64,000 nt of DNA from the sequence record SRR20825019_1458. One strand, given 5' to 3'. Positions 30,917 to 41,538 of the stretch are shown here, in pieces (within the stretch, counting starts at the first letter, position 1; the number at the start of each line of letters is the position of its first letter). The position numbers and the translations under genes are program-made. A model generated the notes under the pieces. The model worked only from the letters and a program-made list of their open reading frames with translations, did not search any database and was not told the DNA's origin.

Positions 30917-31629
30917 ATGTGGGCACGTTAGACTTAGAGGCGGGCACCGACTTTGATGCTGTTGTTATGGCAATCCCGCCTGCGTCGCAGACACGTTATG
31001 CCGCTGACCTTGCAGGAAAAAGCGCGCGGTATGCTGAGATGCTGGAAAGTGCCAGTAGCGTTCCCACCGGTAATGTTCAGCTCTGGTTCAAACCTGACTT
31101 GGAGGGGCTAGGCTGGACTGAAGGACCCACTGTCGCGGTGAGCAATGTGCAGCCGCTCGACAGTTGGGGCGAAATGAGCCAGACCCTTCCTGCCGAACCG
31201 TGGCGCGGATATACGGTAAAACCACAAGCTGTTGAGTATCTGTGTGGCCCGATGCCATTTTTTGAAAACGATGAGGAAGCGATGATCGCTCACAGCGATG
31301 AGTTTCCAGTGCGCCTCCGTGAAATCGCGATGAAGTGGCTGGATAATAACGGAAATGTGTTGTGGCCAAATGTTGTTCACAAGCACAATTTTGACAATAT
31401 ATCGCTGGTGTCCGCTTATTACCGCTACAACTGGGACCCAACGGAGCTTTATGTACAATCACGCCCAGGAACCATCGCAAGACGGTTAAAGCCCTCAAAA
31501 AGTGGCTTTGCAAACCTGTTTCTAGCTGGTGATTGGACCAAGACCCTTTACAGCATGGGCAGCGCGGAATCGGCGACCGCCTCCGGCCTTGATGCCGGGG
31601 CTGCGATCGCCGCACGCTTTAAAGATTAA
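30917..31629 (+). pseudogene. FAD/NAD(P)-binding oxidoreductase, 3' part of the gene starting at 14280
   Basis: HVGTLDLEAGTDFDAVV.. SGFANLFLAGDW..GSAESA..SG; aligns with the C-terminus of paralog 32588-34879. Confidence 0.88.
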
Positions 31630-32591
31630 CTGGGCGATGCCCAAACGGTAGTACCTGCCCGAATCTCAAAATCAAGCGCCAACTCTATCCCTAACCGAAC
31701 AGGGACGTTTGCGTTACCGTTGTCTGGTACCGCCAATCCGAACTGCTCGATGAGCTGATGGCTTTGGCAGCGTTCAGCAAAGAAGTTTAAGTCGCCAGTT
31801 ATAATCCGGCCACTGCGGAAATTGGTCATCACAAGTGGCGCCGTGGTCAGTGACTGGTAACAGGCTTTATTGGTCTCAGAGGCATCTCTAAATTGCTTGA
31901 GGTTAATGTTGGTCAACGTAAACTCTGGCAAGGCATTCAAGATCCTTGCTTTAACTTGATTTATCAGCTCTTCCCCAATCGACAAACCGTTGAAAATTGG
32001 GGTAAAAACATCAGACATGCCTTTCAAATTGTTGACGGGCTCACTGTAATTTAATCCACTGTGATTAATGGAAAAGAGCGTCTGTTTGGTACCCATACAG
32101 TCGTTATTGAGGCGCTTGAAGATCATTGTATTCAAAGTGAATGGCGCTGCGTCTGTCTCATCCACTGGTACACCGATCGTACCAATTGATTTTGGATACC
32201 CCCAACCTTCGCGTCCGGTCACTGTCGGAATGACCTCGTCGGGTATCATATACGCGGGCCAAGCCACGATCTCTGGCAGGATATGCCCCTTGCGCCACTG
32301 CAAAAGGGGAATAACAAGCATGGCCTCCCGGTAGGGGAAGTACCCTGTTTGCGCGCTACCACTGTAGCATTTCCCGATCTGCATGAAGGTGCAAAACATA
32401 TTCCTACCAAGAACCTCATACCGCACCGGCGAATTGGGCAAGCCGTTCAGGACACGATCCACAAGGGCCTGCATTGATATAGTATTAGCCGGCACAAAAA
32501 AGCCGGTCAGAATGCTGTTGGCAAAAACACCTGGCGCGGGCCAGGAACTCTCGCCGACGCCTGAGAAGGAAACATAATCGGGCATACTCAT
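31626..32591 (-). CDS. acetoacetate decarboxylase-like (ADC-fold) protein
   Basis: FPYREA, GREGWGYPKS motif with Schiff-base-type lysine, INLKQFRD. Confidence 0.7.
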   Translation of the reverse strand: MSMPDYVSFSGVGESSWPAPGVFANSILTGFFVPANTISMQALVDRVLNGLPNSPVRYEVLGRNMFCTFMQIGKCYSGSAQTGYFPYREAMLVIPLLQWRKGHILPEIVAWPAYMIPDEVIPTVTGREGWGYPKSIGTIGVPVDETDAAPFTLNTMIFKRLNNDCMGTKQTLFSINHSGLNYSEPVNNLKGMSDVFTPIFNGLSIGEELINQVKARILNALPEFTLTNINLKQFRDASETNKACYQSLTTAPLVMTNFRSGRIITGDLNFFAERCQSHQLIEQFGLAVPDNGNANVPVRLGIELALDFEIRAGTTVWASPS

Positions 32592-34879
32592 GATGGATTC
32601 ACCTGCATAAAGAATTCACCGGGTACCGGAATGGGTACACCAGAAAGTGCCCGCGCAGCCTGCATTCCCGACATGGTCGCGCATTCAACGCAGTCTGTAT
32701 TTAAACCTGTTTTGATCCAGCTTCCTGCCAGATAAAGGTTTGAAAATCCGCTTTCGCCTGCGGCCAGCTTGTATGGGTTCATACCCGCGCCACTTGAGGT
32801 CAAGCACTCTGTAGGGTCAACGTTTGGGCGAATAAACTGTTGGGAAATCAGACTTTCGTCAGAATCCGGGTTGCAGGCAAAAAGAACATCCGTATCAAAC
32901 TTGATGCCCGGCGTTACGGTCGCACGCGGCCAGAAGTATTGAACGTTAAGGTCAAACCAGTTGGTGACATTAATAGTTACATCCTCAAGTGCCCTTTTGG
33001 GTACTGTGAGCTCAGTGGATGGCTGCGCATAAAGGTCTGTCTTCCAGACGCCACACCAATAGTGCACGGATCGTGGTCGCACCGTGAAGCCCGGCCAAGG
33101 CTCGTATTTGAGCGTTTGATACATATCAGCCCAAATGCAGAAAGCTTCCGGTCCACCAACCGCATCCGGCCGGTCACCATGCCAACCAAGCGCCTGTTCG
33201 TCGCGGTTCATCCAGAACTGCACCGCCTGCGTCGGTATGATACCCACGTTCTCTGTCATCTCGGCAAAGCGCCTGTTCTTCGCCACCAGTTCATCAACCA
33301 TGGTTGGCTCTGCGTTCAACTTTTTGAAGGCGCCGAGTGCAATACCAAGCACACAATCGTCAAAGTCTTCACCAAGCTCAAGGGTTATGGTTTCAACCGG
33401 CGGTACGGGGTTCCAGTGGCTTTCAAGTGACGAGCCTGTACGGTCCAGTTCGGCTGCAATGGCATGGCCATCTTCGATCTGATCCCATAGGGGCTGCGCG
33501 GGCCATACCAGCAAGTGCGTTGCTGCGCCCTGCACAGGAAGGGGGTAGATCGGGTCATAGGTACCATCTTTCAGGTTCACCTGCCGCTCGATCTCTATCG
33601 TCGCAACTTTCTCGCCGGTTGGATCTAGACCCAGGCTTTTCACCTTGTGGAAAAATTCGACTTTAACGCCATTCTGCTTCAGCACCTCATAAAGCGGCGC
33701 AATGACAACTTCCCCCATGCCTGCCTGCATATTCCAGAGTTCGGCGTGTTTACTGGTAAAAAACAGCCGCACACAAACCTGCGCAGCAACGCCCGCACCA
33801 TAATCAGGTTGGGTCACATCCCCATCACGGAATTCCATGAAGGTGTCATAAACGATACGAAGGAGGTGACTGTCTTTAAGAAGCTTCGGATTCCCGCCGT
33901 TTTGAACCAGCCACTGGGTAAACTCCAGGCCTTCGGCATCCAATTCGTCGGCAGTTTTGTCGCCAATTACGAAGTCCGTAATGATCCCGATAGCAAACGG
34001 AACAAGCGAATCCAGCGCGTCTTTCAGCACCTGGTTTTGCATTGGCGCCGCGAGGAAGGTGAGAATCACCCTCAAAATGTCCACAAACACGTCCGGCCTG
34101 TGCTCGTCGGAATCAGGGGCCAGGCTATTATGGAACCCGGTCAGGATTTCTAACGTTTCTGCGGCATCCACAATGCTTGAATGGTGCCCCACGTCGAGAA
34201 GATGTTCGAGATGCGCTTCTTCCGCAGGCGTAAGCTCATAGTTGCTCAGCAAAAGCTGTTTCACCCACTCAAGAATGTCACCGTTAGCGTGTTTGGCCGC
34301 AATAACGACAGCTTTAACCTCGTCTTCCAACGCTTCGACATAGTCTTCCTTTGAATAGAGCTGTGACCATGGCACCTGCTTACCACGCACCATCATGGAG
34401 GTAAGCTCTTCACCGTTGAGGATGAGATCCACTATTACGCCTGCAATAGTACCAATAAGCTGGGGCAGGGTGGGCAACACATTGTCATCCCAGGGCATGC
34501 CGCCCATGTGGGGCCAGGTAAAGTCCCACCAGGCAGGGTTCTCGTTCACAGACGAACCCAGTGGCGTATAGTTACGAGGGCGCAGCGCATCATGAATGGT
34601 GCGCATGGCGTTCATATCGCTCCGATCCCATTCCGCGTAAACGTCGCGTAGCATGCTGAAGGCGTTGATATAAAACCCAAACCAAACATGAAGACCATGT
34701 TCTTGTATTCGGCCATGCTCATCTCTGCCTGTCGCCCCTTTCCCCCCAAGGCGCCACCCCATTTGGTAAATGGTTACGTCGTATTTTTCGCGCATTTCCT
34801 CGGTTTTACTGAGTTCCCACGCTGCAACCAGTGACGCGACACCGCCCCCCAGAATTGCTACTTTCTTCTTGCCTGTCAT
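32588..34879 (-). CDS. FAD/NAD(P)-binding oxidoreductase (desaturase/amine oxidase-like), intact paralog
   Basis: VAILGGGVAS, MGWRLGGKGATGR..QEHGLHVWFGFY, MQAGMGE, SGFSNLYLAGSW..CVECATMSG. Confidence 0.85.
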   Translation of the reverse strand: MTGKKKVAILGGGVASLVAAWELSKTEEMREKYDVTIYQMGWRLGGKGATGRDEHGRIQEHGLHVWFGFYINAFSMLRDVYAEWDRSDMNAMRTIHDALRPRNYTPLGSSVNENPAWWDFTWPHMGGMPWDDNVLPTLPQLIGTIAGVIVDLILNGEELTSMMVRGKQVPWSQLYSKEDYVEALEDEVKAVVIAAKHANGDILEWVKQLLLSNYELTPAEEAHLEHLLDVGHHSSIVDAAETLEILTGFHNSLAPDSDEHRPDVFVDILRVILTFLAAPMQNQVLKDALDSLVPFAIGIITDFVIGDKTADELDAEGLEFTQWLVQNGGNPKLLKDSHLLRIVYDTFMEFRDGDVTQPDYGAGVAAQVCVRLFFTSKHAELWNMQAGMGEVVIAPLYEVLKQNGVKVEFFHKVKSLGLDPTGEKVATIEIERQVNLKDGTYDPIYPLPVQGAATHLLVWPAQPLWDQIEDGHAIAAELDRTGSSLESHWNPVPPVETITLELGEDFDDCVLGIALGAFKKLNAEPTMVDELVAKNRRFAEMTENVGIIPTQAVQFWMNRDEQALGWHGDRPDAVGGPEAFCIWADMYQTLKYEPWPGFTVRPRSVHYWCGVWKTDLYAQPSTELTVPKRALEDVTINVTNWFDLNVQYFWPRATVTPGIKFDTDVLFACNPDSDESLISQQFIRPNVDPTECLTSSGAGMNPYKLAAGESGFSNLYLAGSWIKTGLNTDCVECATMSGMQAARALSGVPIPVPGEFFMQVNPS

Positions 34880-35026
34880 CTCGCTCGATCTCCCCACTAA
34901 GATGTATCCACACTAAACATGCATATTCCGATTGCAAATAGATGATAAGCGCTTGAACCTCGGGCCCTGTTTGGTGACACTGCCAGATTGTAGGGGCACG
35001 TTGATGAAGGGTGGTAGAATTAAATT

Positions 35027-38000
35027 ATGTTGGGGGGGATAATTGAGGCGGAACTGCTGCATGAAAGCGCGCGCGGAACCAATATCTATCGGGCAATACG
35101 CGAACGGGACAGTGCTTCTGTATTCATAAGGCACCAATCTGCCCGTAACCTAAGACCTGAAGCACGAACCCTTCGGCAGGAATATGATCTCCTCCGCCAG
35201 GCCGACATTGATCATGGGATTGAGTTTCAGCAGGAAGGCGGTGACGCTTATCTCATAAGTGAGGGTCATGGCGGTGCGCTGCTTGAGACAATAGTCGCTT
35301 CGGCTCCCATGAATATTGGAGATTTTCTCGCGTTTGCCATCGCCTCTGCGACAACACTCAAAGCCATCACGGATGCTGGTCTTGTCTATGGGAATATATG
35401 CCCCAAAGTGCTGGCTTGGTCGGCTGACCACAATAAGGTTAGTTTTTTAGAGTACTGCGCGGCGAGCTTTGTCGAGCTGACACACCCCGTGGTGTCTCGG
35501 CTTGAGGCCAGCGTAGACTATGGCTATATAGCACCTGAGCAGACAGGTCGTCTGAATGTTGCTATCGATCATCGGTCAGATATCTACAGCCTCGGGTGTG
35601 TTTTCTATTACTGTCTAACGAAGCGCCCACCGTTCCAAGCTGATGACGACCTTTCCAGGCTCTATGCACATCTTGCCCGAAGTTTTCCAGAAGCGGACAG
35701 CTACCCTGAAACCGTACCCGCGCAAATCATAGAGATTATCAAGAAACTTACTCGAAAAGCGCCAGATCAACGCTACCAGACCATTAACGGCTTACTCCAT
35801 GACCTAACCACTTGTCGTGAAGCCTTTGAAGAGGCTGGCACGATTGATCCATTTCCTCTTGCCTCGCAGGACACCAGCGGCAAGCTTGCCTTGCCTGATC
35901 GGCTTTTTGGGCGTGAGGCGGATACTCAGACACTCAAGGGGATAATAGAGTGTAGTACTAGGGGCAGGTCGGAGCTGCTTCTGGTCTCGGGTCTTTCCGG
36001 TATCGGCAAGTCCAGTTTCATCGAAAGCGCACAACGTCCCGTTCTTGAACAACGCGGTTTCTATGTCTCCAGCATATTTGACCGGTACAAGAGCAGGGCA
36101 CCCTATGCGAGCTTGGGCATGCTGCTGGATGATCTTGTGCTTCAGGCTCAATCTGGCGCGTTTGGTGACGCCAAGGCCTGGAGTGAGCGTATCAGTGCCT
36201 CTGTTGGCCCCGGGCTTAGTTTGCTTTCGCGTCTTTCTCTACGCCTCAAAGACTTGGTGCCGTTGCCACGCTTTGCGCCCGAGCTACCAGCCTCTGACAT
36301 TCAACGTCAGCTGAGCCTGGCAATCCGTCGTTTCCTTGCCGCTCTGGCGACCCCCGAACACCAGGTATTTCTCGTCCTAGATGATGCGCAGTGGGCTGAT
36401 ACAGCGTCGATGCGCATTCTGGAAGATCTGCTGCTGGATAATGATCTGAGCCATATTGTCGTATGCTTGGCCTACAGAAGCGAGGAGGTCGACGCTTCTC
36501 ACACCCTTAGTGATCTCATATCCAAAGTCTCAAATGGATCATTCCGTGTGACATCCATCGTACTTGCCGCCCTGAATGAAGCAGATACGCGTGCGTTTCT
36601 ATCCGCAGCACTGAAGGAAGGCGAAGAGCAGGTTGGTGGGTTGGCAACCGTCCTGCATCAACAAAGTGCAGGGAATCCTTTGGTTCTCCAGGTTCTTCTC
36701 AAATATCTCATTGAGCAAAACCTGTTGAATTTTGATGCTGAAACCAAGGCATGGCTGTGGGATCAGGGCGCGCTTGCTAAAGTATCAATGTCTGCAGATC
36801 TTGCGGAGCTGATGCTTGAGCGGCTTAACACATTGCCGAATGGTACGAAGAAACTTTTGAATGCTGCGGCCGTTATCGGGGCCGACTTTACGAAAGGGCT
36901 ACTGCAGAGCCTTCTGAATAGTGACAAGGAGGCGTTCGAGCAACATCTTGAGCCAGCCTTGAAGGCAGGTCTTCTTTTGCCTTCCAAGCTAGAGCATAGC
37001 TTAGGTTTTGTTCATGCTAGGGTGGAGCAGGCTGCTTACAAACTGAACGAGCACGAAGAGCGCGAACGGCTCCACGTACAGCTTGCTCGTCTTTTTCTTT
37101 CCAAGGAACATATAGCTGATACGGCGTTGTTTCAGGCGATCCGGCACCTGAATATAGCTGCTGACCAATTGTCTGATGCAGAGCGGGCACAAGTTCAGCA
37201 GCTAAACTACCGTGCGGGTAAGCTGGCAGAGCGGGGTGCCGCCTTTGAGGTCGCTTTTGAATACTACAGCTCCGCTGTTGCAATGCTCACCTCTGAAATT
37301 TGGGCTGACGCCCGCGACATGGCTATGGGTCTATGTCTCAGTACACTCAGTCTCGCGGCGGTTTTTAATGACCGTGCTGCGGTGACAATGCTCAGCGATA
37401 TTGTGCGAGAGAACTCAGACGACGTATGGGAGCTTATTCACATTGACCGCGCAGAACTTCTTACAGCCAATATCGACCTTGATGTTGCAAAGTCCGTACA
37501 GGCTGGCGCATCGGCTCTAAGTCGAATTGGTGCTAAGGTGTCACTCACTCCAAGCCCAATGGCAATATTGATAGAGATAATCAAAACCAAACTGGTTATG
37601 ACTGGGAAGGGGCGAGAGAAACTTCTGAACCTGCCGTGGATCAAAGATGAAAAAACCAAGCTGATATCAGAGCTTTTGACAGACGTTGCGCCTGCGGCTT
37701 ATGTCTCAAATACCGAGTTCTGGTTGGTGCTAGTACTACGTTTGGTTCGCCACACGGTAAAAGAAGGGCTCAGCCCGGCTTCTGTACAAGCCATCTCGTC
37801 GTATGGCGTGTTGGCGGACGAGATTTTCGATGACTTCAAGTCGATGAAAATGATGACAGAGGTCGCAGACACCCTTGCAACCCAGCCGGCCAGCCCTTTT
37901 CCGAACCGTACCTTGTTTGCAACGTGTTATTATAATTATCACCGATTTCTGCCAATTTCAGAGGTGATCGATCGCTTCAAAGCGGTTGCCGCGCAAGCTT

Positions 38001-40585
38001 TTGAGGACGGCGACATTCACTGGGGCTGTTATTCCTACAACAACATCCCCAACCTGATGATAGCAAGCGGGCAGAACCTTCTTGTACTCAAGGAACAGGT
38101 GGATGGCTACGCAGAAACCGTGAAACGACACGGCAATTTTGCCTCACTGGCTGCGCTCAATATCCCAAGGCACTTTTTACATAAGATGACAGGCCAGGCT
38201 GGTGACCCGGTCGAGCCTCACAGTGAGATCGTCTCACAGAACGACCTGGACACAGCACTATCTAACGGCCAGCGGTATACAACAGCTCTCTATCTTGCCG
38301 GGCAAATCTACATTGAGGTGTTTTTCGGTCGCTATGCCGCTGCCCGTGAATATGCCGTGAAATACTCTGCATTCGAAGGCAATCTGATTGGCACTGTGAC
38401 CGGTGTTCGCACCACTGCGTTAGTGGCAATAGCCTATCTGAAAAGCTGGGACCATTTAACCACCTCTGACCGCAAAGATGGACGAAAGACGCTGCCTAAA
38501 GCGCTGAAACTGCTGAAGGTGAGAGCTAAACACGCGCCAGACAACTACGCACACCTGCTCACTTTGGTTCGTGCTACCGATCAGGCAAGGCAAGGGAAAA
38601 ACACATCCGCGCTTGCGCTATATGAGCACGCAGGTCTTCAGGCAGAAAAAGGTGGCTTCCTCCAAGACATGGCGTGGGCACTTGAGCAGATGGCGCGCCT
38701 GTCATACCAGTTGGGGCGTGAACGCACGGGCACGGCTTATCTCACGCAGGCGATTGCCGCATATCAACGGTGGGGCGCCGCACCTATTTGTGGCGCATTA
38801 CAGACAGAGTTTGAGGGTCAGTTGCCCGAACGTAATGAACAGGAGCAAAGCTCCTCACGGTTTGATCGTTTTGACATTGATATGGTTGCCGAGGCGAGCC
38901 GATTGCTTGGTAGTGAAATGCACCTGCCGGAACTGCTTCGCACGTTGATGCGCCTGATGCTGGCATCCTCCGGTGCAGGACGCGGTGTTTTGTTACTCAA
39001 ATCTGAAAAAGGCATTACACCAGCCGCAAGCGCTGAGGTTGGGGATGAAGTACTTTCGGTTCAGGTTCTTGAAGAGCTTCAAAGCACGCCACCAACTTTC
39101 CCGCAATCGGTTGTTGATAAGGTCGCGACAACCCGGGATACGCTCGTTCTCGCGAATGAAAAAGCGGTAGCAAGCCATGAGTTGGATTCGTACATCCGGG
39201 ACCACCAACCAAAGTCCATTCTCGCATTGCCTCTTGTTCACAAGGGCGAGCTTCTCGGTGTGCTCTATATGGAGAACCGCCTGACAGCCGGTGCTTTCAC
39301 CCCGCAGCGCTGCGAACTTTCTGGCCATATCGCCGGACAGGCTGCTCTTTCAATTGAAAACGCACAGCTTTATGCGGAGATGACCGCGGTTAACCTTAAT
39401 CTTGAAAACCGGGTTAAAGAGCGGACGGAAGCCGTTACAGCCTATTCAGCGCTCTTAGATACCACAATGACCAGCATGAGCGAAGGTTTGGTGACATTTG
39501 ACGCCAATAACAAGCTCAGCCTGTGGAATAACCGATTTGAGGAACTGCTTGGGACAGTTGGTTTCGTGCCAGCGAAGGGTATGGACCGGAGTGAAATCTT
39601 CAAGACACTGGACGACCGTGGTGCCACGACAGGCTCAAATGATGAGATTCGCCTGCCCAACGGCACAATTCTGGTCCATAGAGCGAAACCGTCCAATGAC
39701 GGCAGTACCGTTGAGGTTTTTGTTGATGTAACCACAGACCGCGAACGGGAAATGGCGCTTGAGCAGGCGCATAAAACCCTAAAGGACACACAAACCCAGT
39801 TGGTGCAGGCGGAAAAAATGGCATCCCTTGGCTCACTGGTGGCTGGCGTGGCGCATGAGATCAATACACCGCTGGGTACATCAATCACCGCATCAAGCAG
39901 CCTGAACGCCCGCACCCAAGAACTTCTAGGAAAACTGGAGCAGGGCGGCATGACAAAACGGGGTCTGAAGGATTTTCTCGACGATGCTCAAACGGCAAAT
40001 ATGATCATTCAAAGCAATCTGGCGCGGGCGGCCGATCTGGTGAAAAGTTTCAAACAGGTCGCGGCTGACCGCACGCACGACGAACGCCGCAAATTTGAAC
40101 TAGGCGGCTACTTTGAGGAAATTGCCGCAAGCATCGCGCCTATCTGGAAGGCGAATGGCCATACATTGACCATCCATTCGGATAAGGAAGTGACGGTAGA
40201 AAGTTATCCTGGTGCGCTTGCTCAGGTTATTACCAACCTTGTTTCCAACAGTGTTGAGCATGGTTTCAGAGAGCTTCCAAATAGATCTATAAAAATAGAA
40301 ATATCTATTAATCATAATATGGTTACAGTAATTTATTATGAGAATGGATTAGGAATGGCAGAAGACGTTAAAGAGAATGCATTCGAACCGTTCTTTACCA
40401 CTAACCGGGCATCGGGCGCGACCGGTCTGGGGCTCCACCTCGTCTACAACGTAATAACAAGCCAACTTGGCGGCACGATTTCGCTTGAGAGCGAGCAGGG
40501 GGCGGGGAGCAAGTTCACCATAACCATGCCTAAATCAGCTCCAGCGGGTCAAAAACCACGTGAAAGTAGCTCACAAAGACACTGA
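35027..40585 (+). CDS. multidomain sensor: Ser/Thr kinase-like, AAA ATPase, helical repeats, GAF, PAS-like, histidine kinase
   Basis: YIAPEQTGR..DHRSDIYSLG, GLSGIGKS, LDDAQWAD, GVLYMEN..AFT, GVAHEINTPLG, FEPFFTT, GLGL. Confidence 0.9.
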   Translation: MLGGIIEAELLHESARGTNIYRAIRERDSASVFIRHQSARNLRPEARTLRQEYDLLRQADIDHGIEFQQEGGDAYLISEGHGGALLETIVASAPMNIGDFLAFAIASATTLKAITDAGLVYGNICPKVLAWSADHNKVSFLEYCAASFVELTHPVVSRLEASVDYGYIAPEQTGRLNVAIDHRSDIYSLGCVFYYCLTKRPPFQADDDLSRLYAHLARSFPEADSYPETVPAQIIEIIKKLTRKAPDQRYQTINGLLHDLTTCREAFEEAGTIDPFPLASQDTSGKLALPDRLFGREADTQTLKGIIECSTRGRSELLLVSGLSGIGKSSFIESAQRPVLEQRGFYVSSIFDRYKSRAPYASLGMLLDDLVLQAQSGAFGDAKAWSERISASVGPGLSLLSRLSLRLKDLVPLPRFAPELPASDIQRQLSLAIRRFLAALATPEHQVFLVLDDAQWADTASMRILEDLLLDNDLSHIVVCLAYRSEEVDASHTLSDLISKVSNGSFRVTSIVLAALNEADTRAFLSAALKEGEEQVGGLATVLHQQSAGNPLVLQVLLKYLIEQNLLNFDAETKAWLWDQGALAKVSMSADLAELMLERLNTLPNGTKKLLNAAAVIGADFTKGLLQSLLNSDKEAFEQHLEPALKAGLLLPSKLEHSLGFVHARVEQAAYKLNEHEERERLHVQLARLFLSKEHIADTALFQAIRHLNIAADQLSDAERAQVQQLNYRAGKLAERGAAFEVAFEYYSSAVAMLTSEIWADARDMAMGLCLSTLSLAAVFNDRAAVTMLSDIVRENSDDVWELIHIDRAELLTANIDLDVAKSVQAGASALSRIGAKVSLTPSPMAILIEIIKTKLVMTGKGREKLLNLPWIKDEKTKLISELLTDVAPAAYVSNTEFWLVLVLRLVRHTVKEGLSPASVQAISSYGVLADEIFDDFKSMKMMTEVADTLATQPASPFPNRTLFATCYYNYHRFLPISEVIDRFKAVAAQAFEDGDIHWGCYSYNNIPNLMIASGQNLLVLKEQVDGYAETVKRHGNFASLAALNIPRHFLHKMTGQAGDPVEPHSEIVSQNDLDTALSNGQRYTTALYLAGQIYIEVFFGRYAAAREYAVKYSAFEGNLIGTVTGVRTTALVAIAYLKSWDHLTTSDRKDGRKTLPKALKLLKVRAKHAPDNYAHLLTLVRATDQARQGKNTSALALYEHAGLQAEKGGFLQDMAWALEQMARLSYQLGRERTGTAYLTQAIAAYQRWGAAPICGALQTEFEGQLPERNEQEQSSSRFDRFDIDMVAEASRLLGSEMHLPELLRTLMRLMLASSGAGRGVLLLKSEKGITPAASAEVGDEVLSVQVLEELQSTPPTFPQSVVDKVATTRDTLVLANEKAVASHELDSYIRDHQPKSILALPLVHKGELLGVLYMENRLTAGAFTPQRCELSGHIAGQAALSIENAQLYAEMTAVNLNLENRVKERTEAVTAYSALLDTTMTSMSEGLVTFDANNKLSLWNNRFEELLGTVGFVPAKGMDRSEIFKTLDDRGATTGSNDEIRLPNGTILVHRAKPSNDGSTVEVFVDVTTDREREMALEQAHKTLKDTQTQLVQAEKMASLGSLVAGVAHEINTPLGTSITASSSLNARTQELLGKLEQGGMTKRGLKDFLDDAQTANMIIQSNLARAADLVKSFKQVAADRTHDERRKFELGGYFEEIAASIAPIWKANGHTLTIHSDKEVTVESYPGALAQVITNLVSNSVEHGFRELPNRSIKIEISINHNMVTVIYYENGLGMAEDVKENAFEPFFTTNRASGATGLGLHLVYNVITSQLGGTISLESEQGAGSKFTITMPKSAPAGQKPRESSSQRH

Positions 40586-40586
40586 T

Positions 40587-41537
40587 TTAGTTCTTTTGTG
40601 GACGTTCCTGTTTTGACCAATCACGCAAAAGCACATCAATTTTCATCGTGTGCCGAATAATGATGCGCCCAAGCCAAGTGACCAACAAGAGCAGAGAGCC
40701 GGGAAAGATAAACGCATCAAATATTACAGCAATCGCATGTCGCGCCACAGCTCCGGCCAAGGACCGGCTTTTAGACTGAACTCCTGACCCATCCTTCTTA
40801 TACTCGTCTATCACGGTTGAAACATGTGTATGCAGACCATGTGCAAAATCGTCATGCGTGGCTTTGAAGTGCTGTTGTGCCTTCTCCGCGACTGGTTTGG
40901 TGATGGCATCGGATATACTAGACGCGGAGAAAACCGCAAGCGGAAGGCCTATATAGACTAGAAATGTTATCAGCAGCAGTATCTCTGATATCTGCCCGCT
41001 GATGAGGGATACCCAACGCCAGACCCGGCGGAAGACACAATGCATGACAAGTATGACCAGCGTTGTAGTGAGAAGCAATTGCGCCGCATAGCTAGCCCCA
41101 TCAAGAACAACCTCTGTGCCAATCAGTGCGGATGCAGCAACGACGCTTACCCAGAAGGCCCGTGCGGTCAGCTCAGCAACCACACTCAGTAAATTCCCAA
41201 CCTGTACGTTAACGTCGACGATGAGTGAGAAACCGGCGCTGCTGCTCTCTATCACCTTCAAGCCTGCCTCCAGTGCAGCGAGTAACGTCAGGTTTTCACC
41301 AGCGTGAATTTTCGCTTGATGAAGATAGATCTCATTGGCATCAGCGAGATGGCCACGGACAAGTGTATCGAGCAGGTCAGCAACCAGACCAAAATGGTTA
41401 AGAACCAGGAGGATAACAACCGCAGCAATGGCAGGGAGGTTATGCTTCTCCAACTCAGCCAGAAGGGCAGACGCCCTATCATGCACGGTCGGCAAAGAAC
41501 TTCGTCTTCGGCGAGACCGTTTGGCAGAGCGACGCAT
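40587..41537 (-). CDS. hypothetical membrane protein
   Basis: long ORF with several hydrophobic segments, starting 2 bp after the GH25 stop. Confidence 0.65.
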   Translation of the reverse strand: MRRSAKRSRRRRSSLPTVHDRASALLAELEKHNLPAIAAVVILLVLNHFGLVADLLDTLVRGHLADANEIYLHQAKIHAGENLTLLAALEAGLKVIESSSAGFSLIVDVNVQVGNLLSVVAELTARAFWVSVVAASALIGTEVVLDGASYAAQLLLTTTLVILVMHCVFRRVWRWVSLISGQISEILLLITFLVYIGLPLAVFSASSISDAITKPVAEKAQQHFKATHDDFAHGLHTHVSTVIDEYKKDGSGVQSKSRSLAGAVARHAIAVIFDAFIFPGSLLLLVTWLGRIIIRHTMKIDVLLRDWSKQERPQKN

Positions 41538-41538
41538 C

